Source: Bacteroidota bacterium (GTDB lineage: Bacteria; Bacteroidota; Bacteroidia; NS11-12g; UBA955). Taken from it: 39,044 bases of DNA. Position 1 is the first letter of the stretch; every line of letters starts with the position of its first letter. This document shows positions 14,822 through 24,208 of the stretch, one piece after another. Where the stretch lies: NCBI GenBank assembly GCA_009918425.1, contig RGEC01000002.1, forward strand, positions 1 through 39,044, read 5' to 3'. The notes under the pieces are model-generated. The model ran no database searches. It was given only the letters and a program-made list of their open reading frames with translations, and was not told the DNA's origin. The translations under genes and the position numbers were made by a program.

Positions 14822-17454
14822 AAGGTTATTTTATAACTGATATTGGGTAATAAAGGCAACATACTTACCTGATAAAGTTTACGGTTGCCCAGTTTATCAA
14901 AGCCGGGGTTGATATAGAAAGGATTAAACCGGTTGTATACATTGAATACGCCCATAGTCCAGTATCTCACATATCCTTTTCTCTGTTTCTGAAGGGTAAT
15001 GCTGATATCCAGACGGTGATTGTCGGCTGCGCGGGCGTTGTTACGGTTGCCGTATATGAAAATATCGCGGTAGGGATCGTTTGGGGTGGGTGAGCTGTAT
15101 GTGGCTACCGGCAAGGTGTAGGCAAATCCACTATTGAAGGTCCATGCGGCATTGATGTCTATATTGGGTTTCCAATGGTAAACGCCGGCAAGGTATATAT
15201 TGTGTCTTCTATCGTAGCGTGCAGGAAAAGAGAGCCCGTTGTTTAAATCTGCAAACCATCGGTTGTTCCACATGAGGGTGTAGGATATCCAGCCGTTAAG
15301 CTTTCCGGCAGTTTTTTCTGCCAGCACTTCCAGGCCGTAGGCCTCGCCGTTTCCTGATGTTACAGCATCTTCCCAGTTTTTTCCTGAAGTGACATATCCT
15401 GCATTGTCCTTATATTCCAGTATATGGTTGAAACTGCGGTAAAATACATCTGTGCTGAAAGACCATGAAGGCCTGCTTTGGGCATAGCCGAGACTAAGCT
15501 GATCGGCCCGGCCCGGCTGAAACTGTCGATTGCTGGGCACCCAGATATCGCCGGGAAGACCTAGACTAAGGTTATTCAGCAGGTGAAAAAACTGACGGTT
15601 ACGGGTGGCTGAGGCGTGAAGAAACTGGTTTTCTTTCAGGCGATATTTAATATTAAGCCGGGGTTCAGGCAAAACAAAATAGTAAGGCTCCGGCAATCTA
15701 AAGCTGCCCAGCCGCAGGCCGGCAGCTCCTATCCATCGCCGTTTGCCGTTGTACTGAAACTCCGTGTAGGTGAAGTACTCCGGCACATTGAGCCGTGCGT
15801 CGTTATACACAAGATCGCTCTCTGTTTTATTGATGCGGCTATACTGTTTTCTGTTTCCAGGAATAAACCTGTGGTTGGCTATTCCGAACCCCTGTTCCCA
15901 CACCAGTCCCGGTTTGATGCGCATCCGCAGTTCCCAGGCGGCTTCCATGTCCTGAATTCCATTTTCCAGTTCATATCGGGTGTAGTCATCGACATCGGTT
16001 TGCGGACTTATCTTGCTTTCTCTTCGAAATGAAAATTCACGGCTGTACTCATAGCGATAGCGCGTAATATGTGCTCTAAGCAACCACTCGAGGCCTGTTC
16101 GTGCCTGATAGTTCCATTTGATGCCGGCCACACGGTTACCCCAGCCTGTTAACTGCTTTTTGCGCTCCTCCGTGCTTATTTCAAGTTGTTCATTTTTAGA
16201 ATATTCTATTAGTCCGCCAATATCCTGGCCGCCATAAAAACCTGCACTGATTCTACTTTTGCTGTTAAATCTGTGTGTAATGCGGGTATTTAGGTCCCAG
16301 AAATAATAGAGATTATTGGGATTTATGCTGTCGCTGAGGTTGAGAAATGAGGCGGCCTGTCCTGCCAGAAAATCGATGTAGCTGCGGCGCATGGACAAAG
16401 TGAAGGTAGTGCGGTCTTTCCTGATGGGTCCTTCCAGAAAAACGCGCCCTGAGAGTAAACCTACATTGGCAATGCCACTGAGTTTTTGGCGGTTCCCCTC
16501 CTTGCTTTGTACCGAAATTACACTGCTTAGGCGTCCACCGTATCGGGCAGGAAAACTACCTTTCAGCAACCGTGCTGAGCGAAGTGCATCATCGTTAAAT
16601 ACCGAAAAAACACCAAAAAGGTGGTAACTGTTAAATACGGGCATATCATCCAGCAGCACCAGGTTCTGATCTGCGGCACCGCCGCGAACATACATACCCA
16701 GCATGCCTTCACTTCCACCCACTACACCGGGCAGCATGCTTAGGGTGCGCACTACATCCGGCTCTCCCAGCAACTGGGGCATCCACCCAAGGCGAATTCG
16801 GTTCATTTCGTGCTGGTCGGTCTGGCCCTGAACTACAGACTGTAAACCACGTCCTTTCAGCGCCTGTATTTGCACAGCATCCAGGGTTGTGCTTTGTTTC
16901 AGCATTTCATACTGCAGGTTGTAGTCACGGTCAACAATTAGCGTATCAATTATGGGGTTGTAACCCGGATAGGTAATTTGCAGTATATTTTTTCCTGCAG
17001 GAAGCAACAGGCTAAAAAAGCCGGCGTCTGAGGTTGTTGTCATGTATGGCTTTTTGGCGGTTCCCACGGTGGCAGCACCTATAAATTCTCCATTGCCCGC
17101 AGATAAAATTCTCCCTGAAATGCGGTAACCTGTTTCTATGTTCTGCGGAAGCCGTTTTTTTAGAAAAATCTGACCGTTTTCAAATTCATACCGCAATCCT
17201 GCAGCAGCCAAAAAATCTTGCAGTGCCTGAGAAGCACGCACCTGATTGTAGCGGAAACTGAATTTTTTATCAGCAGACGGGGCCAGGGAAGCGTCGTATT
17301 GAAAAGGAAGGCCAATGCGTTGTTCAAATCCGGCTAAGGCTGTTTGAAAAGACACCGAAACAGCCGTGTAACTTATGTTTTGGGAAAGACCTCTATCTTG
17401 TGCATTAATGGTGCACATAAGCAGGTAAGCAAACAAAAGTACGGAGCCTCTCAC
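14818..17454 (-). CDS. TonB-dependent receptor with STN, carboxypeptidase-regulatory-like, plug and barrel regions
   Basis: GTG start. The STN-like segment is ASQALQDFLAAAGLRYEFENGQIFLKK. The CarboxypepD_reg-like segment is YRISGRILSAGNGEFIGAATV. The plug motif is LGEPDVVRTLSMLPGV. The C-terminus is ISYKITF. Confidence 0.85.
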   Translation of the reverse strand: MRGSVLLFAYLLMCTINAQDRGLSQNISYTAVSVSFQTALAGFEQRIGLPFQYDASLAPSADKKFSFRYNQVRASQALQDFLAAAGLRYEFENGQIFLKKRLPQNIETGYRISGRILSAGNGEFIGAATVGTAKKPYMTTTSDAGFFSLLLPAGKNILQITYPGYNPIIDTLIVDRDYNLQYEMLKQSTTLDAVQIQALKGRGLQSVVQGQTDQHEMNRIRLGWMPQLLGEPDVVRTLSMLPGVVGGSEGMLGMYVRGGAADQNLVLLDDMPVFNSYHLFGVFSVFNDDALRSARLLKGSFPARYGGRLSSVISVQSKEGNRQKLSGIANVGLLSGRVFLEGPIRKDRTTFTLSMRRSYIDFLAGQAASFLNLSDSINPNNLYYFWDLNTRITHRFNSKSRISAGFYGGQDIGGLIEYSKNEQLEISTEERKKQLTGWGNRVAGIKWNYQARTGLEWLLRAHITRYRYEYSREFSFRRESKISPQTDVDDYTRYELENGIQDMEAAWELRMRIKPGLVWEQGFGIANHRFIPGNRKQYSRINKTESDLVYNDARLNVPEYFTYTEFQYNGKRRWIGAAGLRLGSFRLPEPYYFVLPEPRLNIKYRLKENQFLHASATRNRQFFHLLNNLSLGLPGDIWVPSNRQFQPGRADQLSLGYAQSRPSWSFSTDVFYRSFNHILEYKDNAGYVTSGKNWEDAVTSGNGEAYGLEVLAEKTAGKLNGWISYTLMWNNRWFADLNNGLSFPARYDRRHNIYLAGVYHWKPNIDINAAWTFNSGFAYTLPVATYSSPTPNDPYRDIFIYGNRNNARAADNHRLDISITLQKQRKGYVRYWTMGVFNVYNRFNPFYINPGFDKLGNRKLYQVSMLPLLPNISYKITF

Positions 17455-17500
17455 GAGGTAAAATTAAACAAATTTTAGCGTTATGTCGGGTATTGTCTGC

Positions 17501-18268
17501 TTACTTTTTTTGACTTTCGGCATAGTTGAACACCTTTTTAAGCAGCGCGGTGGTTCTTTCCACAGGATTGGCACGGATGGCGTTCTCCTGCTGCTCTATT
17601 TCCTGAAACAGGGCAGTGGTGGCTCTCTCCGTCACGTAAGCATTCAGATCGGGGTTAATATCCTGCTTTATGCCCAGCAGGGTTTTGTTGAGCGGTTTGT
17701 TGATTTCACGGATAATAGGATTCCAGTACTCAGTTATTTTTGCCTCATTCAGCGCATTTTCTATTACAGGTTTAAATGCAGCCTGCAACGATGTAGAAGT
17801 ATTGTTTTTTAAATACAGGGTTGCGGCACCGTTTCCTCCGCGAAGAATAGACATGGCATCTGTAAATGTCATTTTCATAACAGCATCCTTGAATATAGGC
17901 ATGGCTTTACCCATAGCGTTTTCAGCTCCATCGTTCATAGCCTTGACTGCTTTATCAAGCTGACCTCCGATGGCGGCATTCAGTACGGCATTGTTTCGTA
18001 TTTTACTTTCAAGATCCCGAACTTCTTTTGGTAAAAGGATTTTGCGCACTGCACTCTGGAAAAAGGCCCCGGGTTTATTAAGCGTTGTTGTGCCTTTTTC
18101 AATACCATTGATTAAGGCCTCTCCGAGTCCGGAGGAAGCTTCAGATTCTGTAGGGATAGAATTTTCTGCAGTTGGCAGGGTTATTTGAACAGGCATTTGG
18201 TTCAGTATATCACACGCCGATAAAAAGAAGGTGCCTGCCAGGATCGCAGTAAGGGAATGGATTCTCAT
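17501..18268 (-). CDS. DUF4197-like lipoprotein
   Basis: Start taken at ATG 18266-18268 (MRIHSL..). Lipobox FLSAC, and the N-terminal motif SEASSGLGEALINGIEKG is typical of DUF4197. Confidence 0.55.
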   Translation of the reverse strand: MRIHSLTAILAGTFFLSACDILNQMPVQITLPTAENSIPTESEASSGLGEALINGIEKGTTTLNKPGAFFQSAVRKILLPKEVRDLESKIRNNAVLNAAIGGQLDKAVKAMNDGAENAMGKAMPIFKDAVMKMTFTDAMSILRGGNGAATLYLKNNTSTSLQAAFKPVIENALNEAKITEYWNPIIREINKPLNKTLLGIKQDINPDLNAYVTERATTALFQEIEQQENAIRANPVERTTALLKKVFNYAESQKK

Positions 18269-18318
18269 ATACCTAATTAATGTCAAATTTAATACCAGTT
18301 TTTGGCACGCAGATAGTA

Positions 18319-18816
18319 TTAACGGATTTTCCCTGTGTCTTCAGGAAAAGACGTTGCGGAAGTTTCTTTGAATACCCACCATTTCTGCCCGATGAAGTTC
18401 ACAATCATACCCACAATGGTGGCGCCGATAACCGCAAGAAATTTATCCAGCTTAATGGTAAAAAATGGCTTTTGTAAGGCTTGTTCCGTATGTACAATCA
18501 GCATCTGAAATTCGTTATTGGGAAGCCACTGAAGAAATAGTTCATTGGAAAGAACGTTCAGCAGTCCACTTACACTGTAGAGTGCGATATAGCGGGTAAA
18601 GCGTTTAGCATCACGGTTGTTTTGGCCCCAGGTCCAGGTTTTATTCAGATAGTAATTGAACATGGTGGAAGATACCGTACTTATAGATTTGGCAATGAAT
18701 GTAGGTATCCAGGGTATCGTGGTCAGCCCGTAGTAAATGCTTAGGTCCATACCAAAACACAGGGCGCCTACAATGCCAAACTTGGTGAGTTCTATATATG
18801 TTTCGCGCGAAATCAA
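18319..18816 (-). CDS. GtrA family membrane protein
   Basis: There are four hydrophobic segments. The N-terminal FGIVGALCFGMDLSIYY and C-terminal GQKWWVFK are GtrA-like. The start appears to be TTG and is uncertain. Confidence 0.65.
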   Translation of the reverse strand: MISRETYIELTKFGIVGALCFGMDLSIYYGLTTIPWIPTFIAKSISTVSSTMFNYYLNKTWTWGQNNRDAKRFTRYIALYSVSGLLNVLSNELFLQWLPNNEFQMLIVHTEQALQKPFFTIKLDKFLAVIGATIVGMIVNFIGQKWWVFKETSATSFPEDTGKIR

Positions 18817-18821
18817 GTGGG

Positions 18822-19543
18822 CTAAAGTTGCTGAGTTAGCTTTCCGTTTTCAAAAGTACATTCAGCACCCATGATTAAACAAGCATTTTTTGGCGTATGC
18901 CCTGCAGGAAAATTGAAAATGAGAGGAATATCATATCACAACATGTGTTGACGGATAATTTCCTCCGCCGTTTGTCCAAACGGGACAGCGTTGTCTTTCA
19001 TGTCTGTCATTCCACCAACAATAAGTCCCCGGAGTTTTTTAAGCATTCCGGATCTTTTCAGTGCCATCATCATTCGGTCTATGTGATACAGATATTCATC
19101 CAGATCTTCCAAAAACAAAACGGCGTTTTCGGTATCGGGTTGTTCAGGGGTTCCCAATGAGGCGAAAACAAGGCTCAGATTTCCTCCCAGTAATTTTCCT
19201 TTAAAATGTAAATTATTTCCTGTATTTGTATTGGAATCAGTTACTTCAACTTTTAATTTAAATATTGCCTCTTCTACACACGCAACATTTTCATGGGTGT
19301 ATTTATGTTGTATGCCCCAATGTATGGCCATAGGCCCATGCAGGGTAGGAATACCGAGTTTATTGAAGTGTAGGTGCAGGGTGGTAATATCGCTAAAGCC
19401 CACCAGCCATTACAGCAATCGGAGTCATGGTTTTGTTCTTTGCACCAGTTTGTAAATGCCGACATTTCCTCCCTGCTCACAGCTCTGGCAGGGGCAATGA
19501 GGGCAATTTGATCTCCGGGTTTTAGCGGGGTCAGGCTTCCCAA
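18822..19543 (-). pseudogene. ldcA: LD-carboxypeptidase (peptidase S66) pseudogene with an internal deletion plus frameshift and an in-frame TGA
   Basis: The N-terminal fragment LKPGDQIALIAPARAVSREE (19433-19543) is joined out of frame to GFSDITTLH (Ser-nucleophile motif, 19403 downward), with about 70 aa missing. A TGA at 18936-18938 interrupts ..IIRQHML*YDIPLIFNFPAGHTP.., which contains the catalytic His motif. The natural stop is at 18822. Confidence 0.75.
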
Positions 19544-19722
19544 TTTTTAATAATTTTTTCTGTTTCGGTTAGTTTTTTCAGGGATTTCTGAATTAAATCT
19601 TTGGCTTCATTTAAAGTGGTCTCCAGGTCATCAATACTGATTTTACCGCTTTCAAGGTCTTTCATGATAACATCAAGGCGTTTTTTAGCCGCTTCGTAAG
19701 AAAAAGTATCCTTAGTTGTCAT
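19531..19722 (-). CDS. xseB: Exodeoxyribonuclease VII small subunit
   Basis: 63 aa, FSYEAAKKRLDVIMKDLESGKISIDDL..., overlapping the xseA stop. Confidence 0.85.
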   Translation of the reverse strand: MTTKDTFSYEAAKKRLDVIMKDLESGKISIDDLETTLNEAKDLIQKSLKKLTETEKIIKNWEA

Positions 19723-20920
19723 TTTTTGAGGTAATCAAGGCGTGCGAATATCCATCTGAAAATCGAATTTTAATAGTATCGTTTTCCATAATTTGTTGAC
19801 ACGATGTAACAATGTGTCCATTCTTGGATATCAGTGCGTAACCCATTTCCAGGGTTTTGGAGGGTTGTAGCATATCCAGGTGTTTTTCAGCTTGCAGAAG
19901 TTTGTTTTTTTCCGACTCCAATAGCCAGGATGCTGCCGTTTTCAGGCGGCGAGAGGCATCCTGTGCCTGTTGCTTTCCATTTTCAAAAAAGCGGGCTGCC
20001 GCATTCCCGATTCGGGTTTGTCCGTCCTGCAGCCATCCCAGAAAAGCCAGGTTGTGCTCAGTTATGGCGGCAGCACAGCGGGTAGGTGTTTTTAGCATAG
20101 TATGGCCCACTACGTCTGCCACGCTTATATTGCGGTCGTGGCCTATGCCGGTGAGCACAGGTTTAGGACAATCGGCAATGCATTTAGCAAGGTCATAGTC
20201 GTCAAAAGCCGTAAGGTCAGTATTGCTGCCACCGCCGCGCACCATGGCAATCACATCAAATTCCGAACATCTGGAAACAATGGTGTTGAGTTGTTTTAAA
20301 AGCTCTCGGGCTGCATTCTGCCCTTGCACCGATGCCGGAAACTCTTCTACAGTGTAGGCAATATTCCAGGTGTTTTGTTCCAGTTCTTTTAAAAAGTCGC
20401 GACGACCGTCGCTGCCCGGGGCTGCTATCAGGGCTACGCGCTGCATTACCAGAGATTTGTTGAGCAGGTGGTTGGCCGAGACATAATCGCCGTCTTCCAG
20501 CCAAACCAGGTGCGGTACATCGAAGGCCAGTTTGCGAAGGACCTTTTCCCGCTCCTGCTCCATTTTTCCCAGGGTGTAGGCGGTGTCTATGTCTATAATG
20601 TTCAGGCGCAGCCCATAGCGCTCATGAAACTGTATTTCTACTTCCAGCACTACCTGCAGGTTTTGCTCGAAGGTAATGCCGGTGATGTTTTCAAATTCTT
20701 TGATGAGGTGAAAATGCTCTCGCCATAATACAGCACTTGCGGCAGCGGCAATTTCTGTGCCTTGTTTTTCAACCAGGTTGAGGAATGCGTATTGCCGGTT
20801 GTGGTAAATCTTTACATCGGTGGTTTCTGCAATAATTCGAAATGTGTGGCCGTTAAATCCTGCTTCCAGGGCCCTGCGAACCCCGCCCATCAGGTCGGAA
20901 AGATTCATCCAGGGTTTCAT
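19712..20920 (-). CDS. xseA: Exodeoxyribonuclease VII large subunit
   Basis: N-terminal OB-fold region followed by VRGGGSNTDLTAFDDYDLAKCIADCPKPVLTGIGHDRN, typical of XseA. Confidence 0.88.
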   Translation of the reverse strand: MKPWMNLSDLMGGVRRALEAGFNGHTFRIIAETTDVKIYHNRQYAFLNLVEKQGTEIAAAASAVLWREHFHLIKEFENITGITFEQNLQVVLEVEIQFHERYGLRLNIIDIDTAYTLGKMEQEREKVLRKLAFDVPHLVWLEDGDYVSANHLLNKSLVMQRVALIAAPGSDGRRDFLKELEQNTWNIAYTVEEFPASVQGQNAARELLKQLNTIVSRCSEFDVIAMVRGGGSNTDLTAFDDYDLAKCIADCPKPVLTGIGHDRNISVADVVGHTMLKTPTRCAAAITEHNLAFLGWLQDGQTRIGNAAARFFENGKQQAQDASRRLKTAASWLLESEKNKLLQAEKHLDMLQPSKTLEMGYALISKNGHIVTSCQQIMENDTIKIRFSDGYSHALITSKNDN

Positions 20921-22113
20921 GGCGTGATGTCGGGCGGGTAAAATAGTTTATACGAAAAACGACGACCACGATGCTCAATACTCACATTGTATATGGCAGA
21001 ACTCAATACAGGCAATGTTTCAATCTTGTTCTGCGTTATGATTTTGTTTTTTACAATATATCTTCCTGTTGCATCAATCAGAGAATATCTTACCGTCCCG
21101 GAAACATTTTTAAAAATGATATCCCGAGTACCGAATACATGATAGGATTCCAGTTCAGACATCGGACCAGAATCAACCGAACCTGTATCCGTGAATGAAA
21201 ACAAACTGCTTGAATAGCGCAAACCAACTTTGCTGCTCTGTCCCAATCCACAAAATCCTTTTGCTCCAATGGAAAAGCCGGTTGTGCCGTAGGAGAAATC
21301 CTCCGGATAATTTATCATTTGTTTCCAGCTGTTTGTTTGGTTTTGGTATATCCACCAGTCTTGAAAGTGGATGCCATTGTTACGGCCATTGCCTACATAG
21401 ATTTTATCGCCTAATACAAAACCTGCCGGGGAAACCCGTGGACCTCCACCGAAGTAAGGCAGGGAATTCCAGCTATCTGTTGAAGGGTCATATTCATAGA
21501 AGTCGTTGAAATGCAATCCCTTAATAAATCCACCCATCACGTATCCTTTTTTGTTCATGGAGACCATGAAAGGATAGAATCGGGGTGTTCCCGGAAAGTC
21601 TTTTTTTCGCTGCCAGGTGTTGATTATTGGGTTGTATGCATACAAATGCTGATTTGCACTGCCATCACCAGCCATTCCGCCCATGACATAACCCAGCGAG
21701 TCTACGGAAAATGCACTTGCAGCCCTCCAGTCAAGTGGTAAATCTGCAATACGGGTCCATACATCTGTTTTGGGATTGTAGCGATAAAAATCGCGAAAAT
21801 GACTTCCAATGGTTACTCCTCCGCCAACGTAGGCAAAACTGTCGATAACAAAGGCTGCAGATTCTGCCCTTTTTGTTCCCGGAAAGGTGTTTTTCTGCGA
21901 CCAGCTGTCTGTATGTGGATTGTACATCCACACATCTCGCTGATAACCCTTAGCGTCAATTCCGCCAACAATGTAGGCAAATCCGCCCAGGGTGAATTGT
22001 GCTGCTGCTACGCGACCTTCCAGGGGGAAATTCGCTTTCGGTTCCCATACGTTTTGAGCGGCCGAAGGTCTCAAACTAAGCATCAATATTAGCGCTAACA
22101 GCAATCTGAACAT
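20917..22113 (-). CDS. Secreted Kelch-repeat beta-propeller protein, possibly with a T9SS C-terminal domain
   Basis: Start moved to MFRLLLALIL (ATG at 22111-22113). There are about six repeats of the type Y..GG......D...Y.P..D.W. The C-terminal roughly 80 aa form a beta-rich tail. Confidence 0.65.
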   Translation of the reverse strand: MFRLLLALILMLSLRPSAAQNVWEPKANFPLEGRVAAAQFTLGGFAYIVGGIDAKGYQRDVWMYNPHTDSWSQKNTFPGTKRAESAAFVIDSFAYVGGGVTIGSHFRDFYRYNPKTDVWTRIADLPLDWRAASAFSVDSLGYVMGGMAGDGSANQHLYAYNPIINTWQRKKDFPGTPRFYPFMVSMNKKGYVMGGFIKGLHFNDFYEYDPSTDSWNSLPYFGGGPRVSPAGFVLGDKIYVGNGRNNGIHFQDWWIYQNQTNSWKQMINYPEDFSYGTTGFSIGAKGFCGLGQSSKVGLRYSSSLFSFTDTGSVDSGPMSELESYHVFGTRDIIFKNVSGTVRYSLIDATGRYIVKNKIITQNKIETLPVLSSAIYNVSIEHRGRRFSYKLFYPPDITP

Positions 22114-22163
22114 GCGGTTACCAAATTTAGTGAAAAAGCATGATAATTTCAAACCGGCAGCCA

Positions 22164-22778
22164 TTATTGGGTTATCGTGTAATAGAATATTGCTTTGCTG
22201 ATAACTGGGGTCATCTCATCATTGCGGGTTTCGTTGTATTTTTCGATAATGGGAAGCCCTGCTTTTGGATTTGTTTTTTTCAAAATATGCTGATGTACGA
22301 AAAGGGATTTTCCCGGTTCTGCCGAACATTGGTGGCGCAAGTAATTTCCGGCAGTGACGTTGTAAATGTTCATCCCTGTCGCTTTGATGGGTTTTTGAAC
22401 GGGTATGCCGATAAAAACACGTGTCGGTTTCGATGCATCTGGGTTTTCTGTCAGAACTATGTGATAACTGCCTGTAATCACAGCTTTGTTATTGCTGATG
22501 GCCTGCATGATACCGGGTATTAGCTCTTTAAGCCGGGTGGGGATTTCGGTATAGTTGCATTGTACTTCCTTGCCCAGCAGATGCATGGCTTGCAGTTTTG
22601 TTTTATCGGTGAGGTTGTGTTCGTCTGCCTCCACTACTTCCGGCTGCTGTGTGGCAATGGTATCTTTTTGTATCTCTGTTTGGGCGCTGTCTTTTTTCTC
22701 CCTTGTTTCTCCGGAAGGGCTGTTACATGCCCAAAGCAGGCCTACACTTAACAATATACCAATGGTTTTGCGCATCAA
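22164..22778 (-). CDS. Lipoprotein with a possible GyrI-like/effector-binding C-terminal domain
   Basis: Lipobox LLWACN. The C-terminal half has only a loose GyrI-like pattern, so this call is weak. Confidence 0.35.
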   Translation of the reverse strand: MMRKTIGILLSVGLLWACNSPSGETREKKDSAQTEIQKDTIATQQPEVVEADEHNLTDKTKLQAMHLLGKEVQCNYTEIPTRLKELIPGIMQAISNNKAVITGSYHIVLTENPDASKPTRVFIGIPVQKPIKATGMNIYNVTAGNYLRHQCSAEPGKSLFVHQHILKKTNPKAGLPIIEKYNETRNDEMTPVISKAIFYYTITQ

Positions 22779-22868
22779 TGTTCAAAGTAACCACGGAATG
22801 TGTACACGGCAAAGTCATTTTTCGCAGCATCGGTATCTAAATCTGCGCAATGGTTAAAAATCATTACC

Positions 22869-22897
22869 TTTGATGCTATCAAATGATACTATCAAAT
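22869..22897. repeat. Tandem 13-bp direct repeat, each copy carrying a TGAT-N3-ATCA palindrome, abutting the Fic start codon
   Basis: gatgctatcaaat (22872-22884) is followed by gatactatcaaat (22885-22897). The first copy extends to TTTGATgctATCAAA. The Fic ATG is at 22896. Confidence 0.6.
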
Positions 22898-23852
22898 GAA
22901 ACCACCCTATGATATTACCCCACGGATACTGGATTTCATCAGTTCCATTTCAGAGAAGATAGGCATGGTCAATGCAACGCATTTATACAAGAAATCGCCT
23001 GAGTTACTTAAAAAGAGCCGAGTCAAAACCATTCATTCCTCGCTGCAGATTGAAGGCAATACCCTTACCGAAGAACAAATTACAGCATTGATTGAAAATA
23101 AAAGAGTAGTTGGACCACGCAAGGATGTACTTGAGGTTTTAAATGCCATACAGGTTTACGAGAAGCTTCATACATATCGCTATACATCGGAAAAAAGCTT
23201 CCTGAAAGCCCATGCAACACTGATGCAAGGCCTTGTAGAGCATGCCGGAAAATACCGAAATAAAGGGGTGGGCATCGTGAAAGGTACCAAGGTTGAGCAT
23301 ATCGCACCGCCACACGAAAATGTTCCCCATTTGATGAAAAACCTGTTTGCCTACTTGAATGATTCCGGGGAATCTGCACTCATTAAAAGCTGTGTTTTTC
23401 ACTATGAACTGGAATTTATCCATCCGTTTATCGATGGAAATGGAAGAATGGGAAGGCTATGGCAAACGTTAATCCTGATTGACCGCTATCCTATCTTTGA
23501 ATATTTACCTTTCGAAACTTTAATCAAAAATACGCAGGACGCATATTATAAATCACTTGCGTTGAGTGATAAAACCGGGAAATCGACCCCATTTATTGAA
23601 TACATGCTGGAGGTTATTGATAAATGCCTCGAAGACCTGCTTGCCTTCAATAGCAGAATTATGAGCGATGATGACCGACTGGAACACTTTATTACGCTAG
23701 GTTTCAGCGATTTTAGCCGCAAGGATTACATGAATGTATTTAAAAGTATTTCTTCGGCTACTGCCAGCAGAGACTTGAAAAAGGGTCTGGAACTGCAGTA
23801 TTTCGAAAGCACGGGTAACATGAATAAAACGCGTTACCGGGTGAAACGTTGA
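22896..23852 (+). CDS. Fic family protein (class II, N-terminal inhibitory helix) with a C-terminal winged-helix region
   Basis: The Fic motif is HPFIDGNGRMGRLW. The inhibitory motif (S/T)xxxE(G/N) is present as SLQIEG in HSSLQIEGNTLT. Confidence 0.9.
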   Translation: MKPPYDITPRILDFISSISEKIGMVNATHLYKKSPELLKKSRVKTIHSSLQIEGNTLTEEQITALIENKRVVGPRKDVLEVLNAIQVYEKLHTYRYTSEKSFLKAHATLMQGLVEHAGKYRNKGVGIVKGTKVEHIAPPHENVPHLMKNLFAYLNDSGESALIKSCVFHYELEFIHPFIDGNGRMGRLWQTLILIDRYPIFEYLPFETLIKNTQDAYYKSLALSDKTGKSTPFIEYMLEVIDKCLEDLLAFNSRIMSDDDRLEHFITLGFSDFSRKDYMNVFKSISSATASRDLKKGLELQYFESTGNMNKTRYRVKR

Positions 23853-23944
23853 AACTTGTATGTAGCAGCACAAGCTTTTTTGCAAAGCAACCCATCTGTG
23901 CAGATTCTGTGTAAAAGGCATGTTCCGCTTTGCTTAAATATGGG

Positions 23945-23952
23945 TAACTTTG
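23945..23952 (+). promoter_or_regulatory. -7 promoter element TAACTTTG immediately upstream of purS
   Basis: It matches TAnnTTTG and ends 4 nt before the purS GTG at 23957, which implies a very short leader or none. Confidence 0.35.
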
Positions 23953-23956
23953 CCTT

Positions 23957-24208
23957 GTGAAATTCTTCGCAGAAATTGAAATCATGCCCAAAAAAGGATT
24001 GTTGGATCCACAGGGCAAGGCGGTTACCCACAGCATGGCATCCATCGGCCTGTCCCAAGTGAGTGAGGTACGTGTGGGTAAATTTATGACCCTTGAAATG
24101 GAGGCCGCTGATGAGGCAGCTGCTTATGCCGCCGCAGAAACTGCCTGCAAGAAATTGCTGGCCAACCTGATCATGGAAAGCTACCATATTCGCGTAAAAG
24201 CGCTGTAA
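23957..24208 (+). CDS. purS: Phosphoribosylformylglycinamidine synthase subunit PurS
   Basis: 83 aa, KFFAEIEIMPKKGLLDPQGKAVTHSMASIGL...KLLANLIMESY, which is the PurS signature. Confidence 0.85.
   Translation: MKFFAEIEIMPKKGLLDPQGKAVTHSMASIGLSQVSEVRVGKFMTLEMEAADEAAAYAAAETACKKLLANLIMESYHIRVKAL

Noticed and set aside
15616-16032. A 138-aa plus-strand ORF inside the TonB-dependent receptor gene
   Set aside because: It is antisense to a continuous 878-codon receptor frame and has no motifs.
18936-18938. The in-frame TGA in the ldcA remnant as a possible selenocysteine codon, given selU nearby
   Set aside because: SelU concerns tRNA modification, not Sec insertion. No SECIS-like hairpin was evident just downstream. 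The position is not a catalytic Cys site in S66 enzymes. The same gene also carries a deletion and a frameshift, so decay is the simpler reading.
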